Source: Octopus vulgaris (Eukaryota). Taken from it: DNA of 64,000 nt. Each line of letters opens with the position of its first letter. Position 1 is the stretch's first letter. The DNA is taken from positions 78,492,001 through 78,556,000 of the forward strand of contig OX597823.1 of NCBI GenBank assembly GCA_951406725.2. Direction: 5' to 3'. The notes under the pieces were generated by a model. The model had not been told where the DNA came from, searched no databases, and saw only the letters and a list, made by a program, of their open reading frames with translations. Below are positions 39,500 to 51,789 of this stretch, in pieces. A program made the translations under genes and the position numbers.

Positions 39500-40537
39500 A
39501 ACAGAATATGCTTCAACACACGAACTAATATAAAGAATCTTGCAAACCAAATCCAAAAACGAAATTGCTGAAGTACTTAACCAAAAGTAAACCACTGTAC
39601 TCCTTACTCTCTTTCCAGCTGAGGGCACCATGTATCTCCTCTCCAGCAACACATCTATCTTTATCCTTCCAGCATCTGGCATCAAGCCACCCCACTCAAT
39701 ACTATCTCACCCCTTCAGTTGAAGGTTGTTGTCTTGTGAGTTACTCGGTGACCTCACTAGTGCTAGTGCCAAAAAAAGGTACCCAGTATGTTCTATAAAG
39801 TGGTTAGCATTAATTAGGAAGGACTTCTAATTGTTGAAAACCTGCCAAAGCAGACACTGGAGCTCGGCACAATCCTTTGGCTCGTTGGTACCCATTGAAA
39901 TACTGAACCCATGACAGCATGGAAAACAGATGTTAAGCAATGATGATAACACACACACACACACACATACACACACACACATAAATATACAGGCTTTAAT
40001 CTGTTTAGAAGTGTGTGCACAGATAAACATTCATGCATACAGATATATACAGATAAGTATCTTGTTGTATATGTGTGATTAAACATGAACATGTCAGAGA
40101 AAGAGCGAGAGAGAGAGAACAAGAGTTAGTATTCTTAGAGACTTTACTATATTGCAATAAGCAGAGAATAACTCCAAATGGCCAAGTCAATTGTATATTT
40201 AATAACCAGCAAGAGAATCTTAGTTTGTATCCTGTCATTACAACTGCACAATTTCTGTGGCTAAGACACTTAACTCTCAAGTAGCTCAATCAACATAGCT
40301 TTAAATAATTATCTCACATTGAATTGCTGACCTCTATAATTATAATCAGTATCAGACATTAAAATTGATGTTTTATTAGTTTACAATAGTGAGTTCAAGT
40401 ATTCCTCTTGGTATGGCTTTGCAATGGATGGCTTCTTTGAAGTTGACTTTTCCAGATACAATTTATAAAGTCTGAGAGTCCCTTTTGATGCACAGATCAC
40501 TGACTTATGTGATCATCCTGCCTACAAAAAGTATTAT

Positions 40538-40958
40538 ACTCTTTTTTTACTCTTTTTTTACTTGTTTCAGTCATTTGACTGCGGCCATGCTGGAGCACCG
40601 CCTTTTAGTCGAGCAAATCGACCCCGGGACTTATTCTTTGTAAGCCCAGTACTTATTCTATTGTTCTCTTTTGCCGAACTGCTAAGTGACGGGGATGTAA
40701 ACACACCAGCATCATTTGTCAAGCAATGCTAGAGGGACAAACACAGACACACAAGCATATACACGCACATATCTATATATCTATATATATATACATATAT
40801 ACGACAGGCTTCTTTCAGTTTCCGTCTACCAAATCCACTCACAAGGCATGGGTCAGCCCGAGGCTATAGCAGAAGACACTTGCCCAAGATGCCACGCAGT
40901 GGGACTGAACGCGGAACCATGTGGCTGGTAAGCAAGCTACTTACCACACAGCCACTCC
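40538..40958 (-). mobile_element. SINE family A, young full-length copy
   Basis: Consensus-like, CpGs retained. Confidence 0.9.
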
Positions 40959-41329
40959 TTTCTACCACTTTATTTCACAATTTTGAGAATTGAGAAGTAA
41001 GCTGCCCTTGATGAACCTTAAAGACAGTGAAATGAGTTCATATGATATTTCTCCTATGGTTGTCTTAGCTGCATTATTGGACCCCTGGACAAATCAATGC
41101 ACTGATACCTATAGTATTTATTAATTGATAATAAGACAAGTCTTCTAGGTAACAGAAATAATTACTTCCTCTAAGAATCCTTCTGGGTATTTGAAAATAA
41201 TCTAAATCTATTTACCATGTTTTCTTAGTGTTTATTGCTCCTATGCACCGGACAGAAAACCAACTTTCTCTATAAGACAGCAAACATAGATCAGAATTGG
41301 ACCCTTAGATCTGTGAGACTGCAGGGCAA

Positions 41330-41470
41330 CACAGCTGGATGCCCTTCCTAATGCCAACCACTCCGTGAGTGGTGTGGGTGCTTTTTACATGCCACTGGCA
41401 CAGAAGCCAGTCAAGGCAGCGCTGGCATCGGCCACGATCGGATGGTGCTTTTTACGTGCCACTGGCATGA
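41330..41470 (-). mobile_element. RTE-type 3' tail (family C), partial
   Basis: acagctggatgcccttcctaatgccaaccactcc plus two units on the minus strand. Confidence 0.75.
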
Positions 41471-41493
41471 AGGTGATATTAAAAGAGCTTTAA

Positions 41494-42092
41494 CCCTTTA
41501 GCATCCAGATTATTCTGTCAAATCAAATCAAACCAAATCAAAATAGATGAACATCAATGGAATTTGTATCCTTGTGGTACCAGTGCCGGTGGCACATAAG
41601 AAAACCATCCGAACGTGGCTGTAGCCAGTACCGCATCGACTGGCCTCCGTGCTGTGGGCACGTAACAAACACCATCCGATCATGGCCGTTCGCCAGCCTC
41701 GTCTGGCACCTGTGTCAGTGGCACATAAAATCACCCACTACACTCTCGGAGTGGTTGGCGTTAGGAAGGGCATCCAGCTGTAGAAACACTGCCAGATCTG
41801 ACTGGCCTGGTGCAGCCTTCGGGCTTGCCAGACCCCAGTTGAACCGTCCAACCCATGATAGCATGGAAAGCGGACGTTAAACGATGATGATGATGATGAT
41901 GATGATATATAGCTGATTTATTCATATTGTTTTGAATTAATCATACATTATCTTGTAGCTGTGAGATTTTACTGATGTGACTGTTTATTTTGAGAAAGAT
42001 ATTGTGGAGTAGGTGTGAGAGGCCAGATCTGGTCAGCTAGAATATAAAACAGAACATTTCAGTTAGATATGGCCAATTTAAATGCTAAAGTG
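41494..42092. mobile_element. piggyBac-type MITE interrupted by a family C tail (41521-41907)
   Basis: TTAA|CCCTTTAGCAT ... ATGCTAAAGTG|TTAA; uninterrupted reverse copy at 53989-54207. Confidence 0.8.
41521..41907 (+). mobile_element. RTE-type 3' tail (family C), young, about 3 internal units
   Basis: (aaatc)n start, units gtgccggtggcacataa, conserved tail, (GAT)8. Confidence 0.85.
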
Positions 42093-42184
42093 TTAAAAAT
42101 GAATTGGAATGAGGCTGTGTTGGAGAGGACCTATCCAGCCTTTGAAAAAAATAGACATAATAAATTTTGATGATAATAATATAA

Positions 42185-42687
42185 TCTATTATATAAAATC
42201 CATTCTGTCTATCTGTATGTGCGTCTTCTAGGATCTCAAGCATCCTCCATCCAATTGCACTCAAATTTGATATGTAGATACCGACGGTATCATAACGTGC
42301 ATAAGTCTTGAAAAAATTACAAAAATCACTTCCAGATGAGAATGTGATCGATAAAGCCATGGGAACATGCATTTGTACATGCAAGTACATCAGCTGTTGC
42401 GATCGATACTATGCGTACACAAGAAAAATGCACATGCAGTATATTTAAGAGACCAAAAGAGTAAGATGCAAAAGAGATATTTTCTTCAAACTTGGCATGA
42501 AGGAAGGAAAGACTATTTGGTTTCTCAAGAAGTTTTTTCTTTGCCTTAACTTTGTTTAACAAAAAAAACAAAATTTTATTGAAATAAAGGCATGCTTAAA
42601 TATTTTTTAATGAAAAGAAAACACTGATTGCTTTTTATTCAGCAGATATATTCAGCACCATCCATTTGATGAGGGGCATTTTGCTCA
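42185..42687 (+). mobile_element. Probable non-autonomous Helitron
   Basis: A|TCtattatataaaatccattctgtctatctg 5' end; degenerate 3' hairpin and CT end near 42655-42687. Confidence 0.5.
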
Positions 42688-43959
42688 TAATAATATAAAG
42701 GGCTACAGAAAAATTATGCTACTTTTATCAAATCTTGCGCTATATTGCAATTTGTATTGTATAACAAAATTGGTGATGCTATTTATTTTATGCATAGGCT
42801 CTTTTCATACCAATCCACCTGAGAATATCTCTGATTTTGAGATAAAACTTCTCATTTTAAAATGTCCATGCTTAAATTAAACCCTTCCATCATAACTTTA
42901 TGCATCGTTCTGTAATAAATTTAAGAATCAAAGGTTAGATTCCATAATTTATTCCCAGATAGGAATATGTCTGAAAAAGACAAGATGATTACAACTGAAA
43001 AGCCTTTAACCATAAATATTCTTGAACAGTATTGACCAGGTCTCTACACAACAACAGCAATGCTTCTCATTGCCGATAAACTATTTTTACTATAGTTATT
43101 TATTAGTATCATTTTTAGTTGATGATAATAATTTACGCTGTAATTTTCTGAGATATCAATTCATCTTTTGATTGTTAAATTTCGATATATGTAAATCACT
43201 GTCTTATTTTATTTATTTTTCCAAATTATATTCTTCACTTATCTCCAACTGAAAATCACTAGAATATTCTAAAAATTTTATGTGACATAGGCAGAATATA
43301 TTGAAACTTCTTTACTTTACAGTACTGTGTTTAAAAACTTCTGTCATATCATTCCAGTTTGTTCAGGTGTGGTGAAATATATTTCCTCTGTAAAGAACAT
43401 CATCTTTTTGGACATCTGCGGTGATTTTTCTTTCATTCTACTCAATTATGCAATAACAAAATTGAGAAAAATGTACAACTTGCTAGAAATCAAATATTGC
43501 CAGAAGGCACAAGGAATGTCCCTGCCAACAGCAGAGAAAGTAAATACAAAAATAAATAAATACATGAAAATTAAGTGTGAGTCTCTCAGTTTAAACAAGT
43601 GCAGTATGACATTAGCAGTAGCCATAGTGAGAGCCCTGGAAACCTGTGTTAGTCTGCTTCCAGCAAATCTCAATTCAACAGACGACCATTTCCATGCAGG
43701 ATTTGTTTTGCTATGTCTATTGAGAGATGTCAAAGTCAGTTTCTTAAAGGAATTGGTTCAAATATTGAAATATGCTGTTTCTCATCCTCAACTGTATTTA
43801 GACTGATCAGCTGGAGGCTGAAAGGATAGTGACTCGGTATTATACACTACCTAAATTGTAATTAACACAAAATTTTCTTTATAGGGAATTATAAATAATT
43901 GAAGGTATCTAATTTTGGCTCATCGGTATATACCCTAAAATATTACACTGGATGTATCG

Positions 43960-44099
43960 GAAGAAGTTTGGTTCCAAGCCACATGATTCCAGATTCAGCC
44001 CCACTTCATGGCACTTTGGGTAAATGTCAGCTACAATAGCTTTGGGCCAACCAAAACATTGTGAATGGATTTGGTGGACAGAAACTGAAAGAAGCTTGT

Positions 44100-44134
<35 letters not shown>

Positions 44135-44542
44135 AGAGTGGTCACCATTTTCCCTTCTATGTTGGCTGTCTCTGACAAGTGTATATTATATAACTGATTT
44201 GTTGCCTAACATTCCATTATGTAATTTCACATGAAACTGATTGGTAAGACCAGCTGTAATAGATAATTAACGCTATAAAATTCAGACAATATATATATAT
44301 ATACACACAGTGTGTGTGTGTGTATGTATCTTTGTGTCTGTGTTTGTGCCCCACCATTGCTTGACAACTGATGCTGGTGTATTTACATTCCCTGTAACTT
44401 AGTGGTTCAGCAAAACATATTGATAAAATAAGTATCAAGCTTGAAAAAAAAGTACTGATATCGATTCCTTCGACTAAAAATTCTTCAAGATGGTGTCCCA
44501 GCATGGCCACAAACTAATCACTGAAACAGGTAAAAGATAAAG
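43960..44542 (+). mobile_element. SINE family A split by ~160 bp of inserted sequence in its microsatellite
   Basis: Head 43960-44100, tail 44310-44542. Confidence 0.75.
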
Positions 44543-44996
44543 AGATTTCACTGTTTTCAAAGAAACTCAGGTCTTAGTGTAGCTCAATTTCTAGAGGAGG
44601 AACTGACTTGAAGTAGTATATAGTTACTGTCATAATCATACATATATACACAAAAAACTTACATATACATGCATGCACACACGCACACACACATATATAT
44701 GTGTGCATTCACAATCATGTATGTGTATATGTATGTAATTATAACAGTGATTATACAATAAGCCAAAAAATATAGATATTTATATATACATAAGTCTATG
44801 TATGTATGTATGTATGTATGTATGTATGTATGTATCCCTTATAATAGCTGAGATCACTAGGGAACCACATGCTTCCTATATATTTACATATGTGTGTATC
44901 TATGTATATGTATATATGTGTATATGCACATATATGTACATATACACACACATATATATATATGCCAGCATGGAAGGTAGATATTAAATGATGATG

Positions 44997-45055
<59 letters not shown>

Positions 45056-45228
45056 GTATATGTATTTATATATATATATATGTATATGTATTTATACATA
45101 TATGTAAATCTATTTATATATATGACTATTTCTATATGTATATAGACACATATATATATATACATATAGATATTTATATACATGTATATATAAATATATA
45201 TATATATATGTATAAATATATATATCTA

Positions 45229-45275
<47 letters not shown>

Positions 45276-45552
45276 GTGGCGGGTGTATGTACTCATGCAC
45301 ACAGTTTTTATTCTTTTGCTGGTTTTTTTGTCATAGACTGTAAACATGCTGAGATGCTACCATAAAGGGTTTCAGTAGATTATATCGTCTACTACATATT
45401 CTATTGATTTTGTGTTGGAGGACCTTGGCGTAAAGTGACATCACTCGGACAGAACTAAATACTGAAAGATATTTTCCTTTGAAGCACTGATTTTGTTTAT
45501 CCCACACTGATATGTACAGACATTTCTCCTTCCCTCTCTCTCCCTCTGCATG

Positions 45553-45643
<91 letters not shown>

Positions 45644-46132
45644 ATATGCCTATATATATATATAAATATGTATATATGCATATATACATATATATATATA
45701 TAAATATGTATATATATGCATATATATATATAAATATGTATATATGCATATATGTATATAAATATATATATATAAATATGTATATATGCATATATATATA
45801 TATATGCAAATGTATATATATATATATATATATATATATTTGCATACACTTGTATACACACACAGACACATCACACACACACATATATGTGTGTGTGTGT
45901 ATCAGAAAGGGAGATAGAGATGTATATAGATAGGTAAGTATAGATATAATAATAGATATGTTATATATATATGAACATGAGTATATGCTCATATACTTGC
46001 ATATCCTTATATAGTGTTTATTTACATATATAAGCAGGTATATATGCTTAGATACATGCATGTGAGTGAAAATATATAAATAGAAGCATATATATGTGTA
46101 TGTGTGTATATACACACACACACACACACACA

Positions 46133-46592
46133 CCTGAACATGGTCACTGCAACTGCCCCCTGACTGGCTCCTGTTTTGGTGGCACATAAAAAGTACCATC
46201 TGAACAAGGTCAATGCCAGGGCTGCTTGACTGGCTCCTAAAAAGCACTAAGCAAATGTGATTGATGCCAGAGCTGCCTGACTAGCTCCTGTGCTGGTGGC
46301 ACATAAAAATCACTATCCAAAGATGGCCAATGCCACTGCCCTTGACTGGCTCCCATGCCGGTGGCCGTAAAAGGCACTATCTGAAACGTGGCCGATGCCA
46401 ATGCCCTTGACTGGCTACCATGCCTGTGGCACATAAAAAGCTCTATCCAAACGTGATCAATGCTAGGGATGCCTGACTGACTCCTGTGCTGGTGGAAGCT
46501 GCTGACTTTCCAGACCTCAGTCAAACCGTCCAACCCATGCCAGCATGGAAAATAGACATTAAACGATGATGATGAATATGATGATGATGATG
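46133..46592 (+). mobile_element. RTE-type 3' tail (family C) with six tandem ~62-65-nt units
   Basis: Repeating aacrtggycratgcca...tgactggctcc.rtgcyggtggcacataaaaagcacyatc (one unit partly deleted), then tail and (GAT)n. Confidence 0.85.
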
Positions 46593-47446
46593 ATATATAC
46601 AAAAAGGGACAGACAGGTAGAAAGGCAGACAGACAGAGATGTTTCAAGTTATATAATACAAACATACACATATACACACGCGTATGCATCACATACATCT
46701 ATATGCATAATTTCACATAAACTTAATGTTACATGGTAAGGGATAAAATTGGCTGTAAAACATCACTTGAAGGTTGGCACCAGCTTTAAGTTGATTAAAC
46801 TTCTATAATAATTCAATTCTACGGAGTTTCACAGAGTTTATTGATAGACAGTAACTTAATACTTCTCTGGATCATTGTCCAACATGGATTTAACAGAATG
46901 AATATCAAAGCAATGCTCTTCTCCATGGAATTAAACATTAACTTCGGTTTAACTTTGAGTCTGAAAGCTTCTATGAGGTTTCTGAGACACGTAATTAACT
47001 TTTATTCATCATATCTTCAAATTGGAAGAAATTTTGGAATGGCTTCTACAAGAACGGCATATGAATACATAAAACACTTCATTTTTACCAATTCCCAAAA
47101 TATTCTCTATTGAGATATGCACTACACAGCTACTCTATGTGTATGTGTGTGTGTGAGTGTGTGTGTTTACGGAGTATATGCATACACACATATAAAAATG
47201 AAATAAGTAATTCGTATCGACATGTCCATGGTAATCATGCTTTAACTATAAAATATGAACCTTAGAATGCTGTCAAATCTCCATACTAAAAGTGCATTAC
47301 AAATTAACTGTATCTTTCTCCCTCCTTCCCCCTCTCTTTCTCTCTCAATGTATATAAAGAAATATCTATCAATTTATTTATCTAGCTACATGTCTGTCCT
47401 TCCATCCTTCCATCCATCTATATATATATAAATATATGTATGTATG

Positions 47447-47484
<38 letters not shown>

Positions 47485-47599
47485 TAATATACTCATATAC
47501 ACACACACACGCATGTATATATATATACATACATTTTACACAATCATAAAATACCTATATCTATAAAATTATATAGAATATATATTATATCTAATATAC

Positions 47600-47644
<45 letters not shown>

Positions 47645-47645
<1 letters not shown>

Positions 47646-47887
47646 GCTGGTGGCATGTGTAAAAGGATTCAAGTGAGGTCATTGCCAGTACCGCCTGTCT
47701 GGCACGTAAAAAGCACCCACTACACTCTCGGAGTGCTTGGCATCAGGAAGGGCAACCAGCTGTAGAAACTCTGCCAAATCAAGATTGGAGTCTGGTGCAG
47801 CCATCTGGTTTGCCAGCTCTCAGTCAAAATCGTCCAACCCATGCTAGCATAGAAAGTGGACATTAGACGATGATGATGATGATGATG
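47645..47887 (+). mobile_element. RTE-type 3' tail (family C)
   Basis: Conserved tail and (GAT)n. Confidence 0.8.
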
Positions 47888-48043
47888 ATATATATATATA
47901 GAAAAAATTAAAAAAGGAAAATACACACACTTTACATAGTTTTTGTATAATTTTTAATATATCTACCGGTTTCTCTTTTGCTATTCATGATATCTTGGTT
48001 TACTTATTTGAATATGTATTTTCTTAAGATATATATATATATA

Positions 48044-48222
48044 TAAAGTTTTTTGTGCATCTTGATGCTGACATAAGTTCCTTGCTTTTCCTGATGAGAA
48101 GGCAGCATAATGCACCCCTTATTCCTTCGAAATTAGGAATATGCAGCCTTCGAAACATATGTCGAAAATAAAATAAAGGAATTTTGTTAATTCGTCGTTC
48201 AACTCCATTCTTTCATTTATTT
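48044..48222 (+). mobile_element. Short hammerhead-bearing insert between (TA)n runs, probable Penelope-like pLTR remnant
   Basis: Bounded by (TA)n on both sides; hammerhead followed by AATAAA-rich sequence. Minimal hammerheads with palindromic stem III are established features of Penelope-like pLTRs. Confidence 0.55.
48086..48168 (+). ncRNA. Type I hammerhead ribozyme motif (Penelope-like-element style minimal stem III, long stem II)
   Basis: Stem I TTTTC(48086-90)/GAAAA(48164-68); core CTGATGA 48091-97; stem II GAAGGCAGCATA(48098-109)/TATGCAGCCTTC(48140-51), 11 of 12 pairs; GAAA 48152-55; C-ATAT-G; cleavage triplet GTC 48161-63. Confidence 0.8.
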
Positions 48223-48246
48223 GTATATATATATATATATATATAT

Positions 48247-48292
<46 letters not shown>

Positions 48293-48958
48293 GTACATAC
48301 ATGTATGTATGCATTTGAGAATGAATTTGGTAGATGAAATATTAAAAAATGAATCCCTGTGGTGTGTGGGTGTATTTGAGTGACTTTTTGTATCCCTTGT
48401 ATTCACATCTATTCACTGTTGGTAGACAATACTTGCAGATAGTGTCATTAGCTTAGGCACCTCCAAAAGCAAACCTGGCCCTTTTCACACAACTTGAAAT
48501 GTTGCACAATCTTTGTAAACAAAATGCTCATTCAACTGATGTCATTTGTTCCTAGTCCCCATGCTGATTTTTCGTTGATAGCCTGGGAAATTATTGCCGA
48601 GATTTAAAATAAATATGGATTGGTAACAGGAAGGGCATCTATCCATTGAAAACTCTGCTCTATGCAAGCATGGGAAAAATATGGAGGAGCAAATTGGCTT
48701 GTTGGTTGAAAGTGGTTCATAACCAGCGCATAGAGTAGCCTGATAAATGGAGTGGGTACAAGTGTTCAATTCTTCATTCCAGCTCCATAACACAATTCAC
48801 ACTATTCTTCATCTGGGCCCCTTTTAAAGAGATTTCCTCCTACATACTTTTAAGAGGTCTTGGGTTAACAGGTTTTGGGATCTGACAATACACCATAAAG
48901 CTAGACCCTTTATGGATGGGAAATCTAAGGCAATCCAATAAACTTGCCTTCCCCATTT

Positions 48959-49466
48959 TAAGACCTGATGGGGCAAGTGAAATTGAAATTAAACCAAATT
49001 CAATGATGGGCACCCATGCCAGTGGAGCGCTAACAGCTCCATCCGAGCAAAATCAACTGCCAGAGTAGCTGTCTGGCCTCCATGCCGGTGGCATTTTAAA
49101 AGCACCATTCAAGTGTGATCTTTACCAGCATCACCTTACTGACACTTGTGCCAGTGGCACGTGAACAAAACATTCGAGCGAGGTCATTGCCAGTGCCACT
49201 GGACTGACTCCTGTGCAGGTGACATGTAAAAAACACCATTTGAGCTTGGCCGTTGCCAGTACTGCCAGACTGGCCCTCATGCCGGTGGCACGTAAAAGCA
49301 CCCACTACACTCTCGGAGTGGTTGGCATTAGGAAGGGCATCCAGCTGTAGAAACTCTACCAGATCAGATTCGAGCCTGGCACAGCTATCTGGTTTGCCAT
49401 TCCTCAGTCAAATCGTCCAACCCATGCTAGCATGGAAAGCAGACATTAAATGATGATGATGATGAT
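48959..49466 (+). mobile_element. RTE-type 3' tail (family C), longest copy, five units
   Basis: aagacctgatggggcaagtgaaattgaaatt, five units, conserved tail, (GAT)n. Confidence 0.85.
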
Positions 49467-50375
49467 ACTGCTCTACATCTTAGAGTGTGCTTAGGAATTA
49501 TGTTTTTTACAGACAATGTGTGTGTGTGTGTGTGTCTTTGTATCTGTGTTTGTTTCTCACCATCACTTAAGAAAAGGTGTTAGTGTGTGTATGTCCTTGT
49601 AACTTAGTAGTCTAGCAAAAGAGACCAGTTGAATAAGTACCAGACTTTAAAAAAATATGAGTACTGAGATCAATCCAACTAAAATTCTTCTAGGCAGTGC
49701 CCCAGCATGGCCACAGCCTGATAAATGACACAAGTAAACGAATAAAAGAATATATATTACGCCTGAAGAGGAAAAGACCAAATTTTTGATGTAGGCATAT
49801 ATGTACAATGTATATAAAACATATTACTAAGCAGACAGCAGTCAAAAGATTTAAGCTGTCTTTTCTGAATGAAAAATGAATGAATTCATAATTTTGGGCA
49901 ACAGCAACAGACTGGACAATCTAATTTTTTTATTTTGTTTTTGTTCTTTTTTTTTGTATTATTTCCTTAAGCCTAAAAAGCTACAGAATGTCGAGAGATC
50001 TATTGTGTAGTGTCTTTGATATCAGATGTTTCTCATAATGTTAAACACTACGCATTGTTTAGCTGCTGCAGCTGTCAGGTAGGCTTAATGTAAAACTATC
50101 AATATTCTTCAAATCTTCCACTAATATGAACTGACCAGTTGTTGTGGTTTAGCCCAAGATCATGTCTGATTAAGCAGAAATATGATCAAGTACATTCCAA
50201 CCATGCCTATCCTGACTTTTTGTGGTATGTAGGAGCTTGTAGTGGCTCATTATTTAACGTGTCCTTCAATTTGCAAAGATGGCAGGGTGAGATTTGACTA
50301 TTCTTTCTTGTAGATAAGCTTCCAGTTTTCTTTTGTGAATGTATTTCTGTTCTAATACACTTTATATATTTTCAT

Positions 50376-50798
50376 CAGTACTAAATTAACCATTAAGCTA
50401 AATAAGCATGTGCTTAGGGCTTCACAGGAAGCACAGGAACCACAGAAATGGTAAATAGTTCATGGAATAAAAGAAATCACTTTAAATCTGCTAAAATAAT
50501 ATTGAGGATGCCTTATCTCTACTAAGTAGAGAAGCAGATGTGTTACATAAGATTAATTTTGAGGATCTAATCAAAGACTTTGTAATTAAAGAAAGAAAGA
50601 GAAAACATTTCAAATATAGATAAAGAGAAAGTATACAAAAATAGACATTTTTTAACATCTTACTCTTAGTTTTGTTTCATTGTGTAAAATACAAATTTAT
50701 TTCATGGTTTATTATTGTTTATATTTAGAATTACATATATATGGGGGCACCAAAATCTTTTAAGTGCTTAAGGCCTCTATGGGTCTTATCCAGCCCTA
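50376..50798 (+). mobile_element. Non-autonomous hAT element (family of 4551-5236, opposite orientation)
   Basis: Termini cagtactaaattaacc ... ggtcttatccagcccta; remnant DALSLLSREADVLHKINFEDLIKDFVIKERKRK resembles the C-terminus of the hAT dimerisation domain. Confidence 0.8.
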
Positions 50799-50835
50799 GT
50801 CTTCTTGTATGCTATAAGTGAAGGATACATCCATG

Positions 50836-50885
<50 letters not shown>

Positions 50886-51002
50886 CATATATATATATTT
50901 TTTTTTTTTTACCGAATATGGTCCTTTTCCATGCCAAAATTCTACTAGGTGAAATTTGTTGATTTTATTAAATTAATTATATTTCATCCTATATCTGTAA
51001 TG

Positions 51003-51366
51003 TATATATATATAAAGATGAGAATGCCTGTCTGTGTGAATCTCTAAAACTTAAGAACTACTCAACCGATTTCACTTAAATTTTTCACATGACTTACAGT
51101 GTCATGGGCCAAAAAAAATTTTCAACTTCTTGCCTAATACGAGCCCAGAGCAATCTCTTATCTCTTACACTATTTCAGTATTGCGTGTCAAAAGTGAAAC
51201 AACATCTCTCTTGGAGTGGTTGGCATTAGGAAAGGCATCCAGCTGTAGAAACTCTGCCAGATCAGATTGGAGCCTGGTGCAGCCATCTGGCTCACCAGTC
51301 CTCAGTCAAACCATCCAACCCATGCCAGCATGGGAAGTGGACGTTAAATGATGATGATGATCATGA
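51003..51366 (+). mobile_element. Helitron-like 5' fragment (51003-51206) joined to a family C RTE tail (51207-51366)
   Basis: tatataaagatgagaatgcctgtctgtgtg...caaccgatttcacttaaattt, followed abruptly by ctcttggagtggttggcattagg. Confidence 0.6.
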
Positions 51367-51789
51367 TGTTTGAGCGTGAAAGTATAAGTAATTTTGAATG
51401 TATGCAACCATGTGATATATGTGCAATGTATGCACATGGCTGCAACTTCTTAAATTCTCCAATGCTCCTCTATGTGCATACTGACATAGACTGACATTTC
51501 TAAGCTTATAAATCTATAATATATAATTTCTGTTAGAGCAACTTCCAGAATATGCTAGACTCTGGATATAAAAGATACTATCAGTTTAAACCAGTAGTAT
51601 CTTTTTATATCATATTCTTTAAAAATTGAACCAGAAAAGAGAAGTAGTTATTTCTGTCAATGGTATTGATAGATTTAGTTTCATTGATATTATTACTACA
51701 TTTGTTTCGCCTTTTGTATTCGAATTATTTTACTGCTCTTGCGGCATAAAGGAAAAATATTGCATTGCATTCTATATCTTTTATTTTTG

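Larger units (their letters stand above)
38260..39947 (+). mobile_element. Degraded RTE-clade LINE (pre-RT and RT N-terminal region, internal deletion, family C 3' tail) with two nested insertions
   Basis: KAIKGIKTGK...GITAEMLK/ISG...LVAHILNQIVQEGIIPCDWCGSIIVKCYKGKGNA...LD*VMKAAE...LDEIQF...FLIRQLL/KYLTKSKPLY, then the family C tail ending catggaaaacagatgttaagcaatgatgat. Confidence 0.85.

Noticed and set aside
43327-43806. 159-aa ORF in non-repetitive sequence
   Set aside because: GTG start, no recognisable domain, no convincing splice sites; compatible with chance.
46320-46380. HDV-like ribozyme reading of the family C unit (GGC-UCCCRU-GCC resembles P3/L3)
   Set aside because: No P1.1 GG, P4, J4/2 catalytic C context or P2 partner can be assigned.
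46133-46500. CRISPR-like periodic array
   Set aside because: The intervening segments are homologous to each other, there are no cas genes and the context is eukaryotic; it is a tandem unit inside a retroelement tail.
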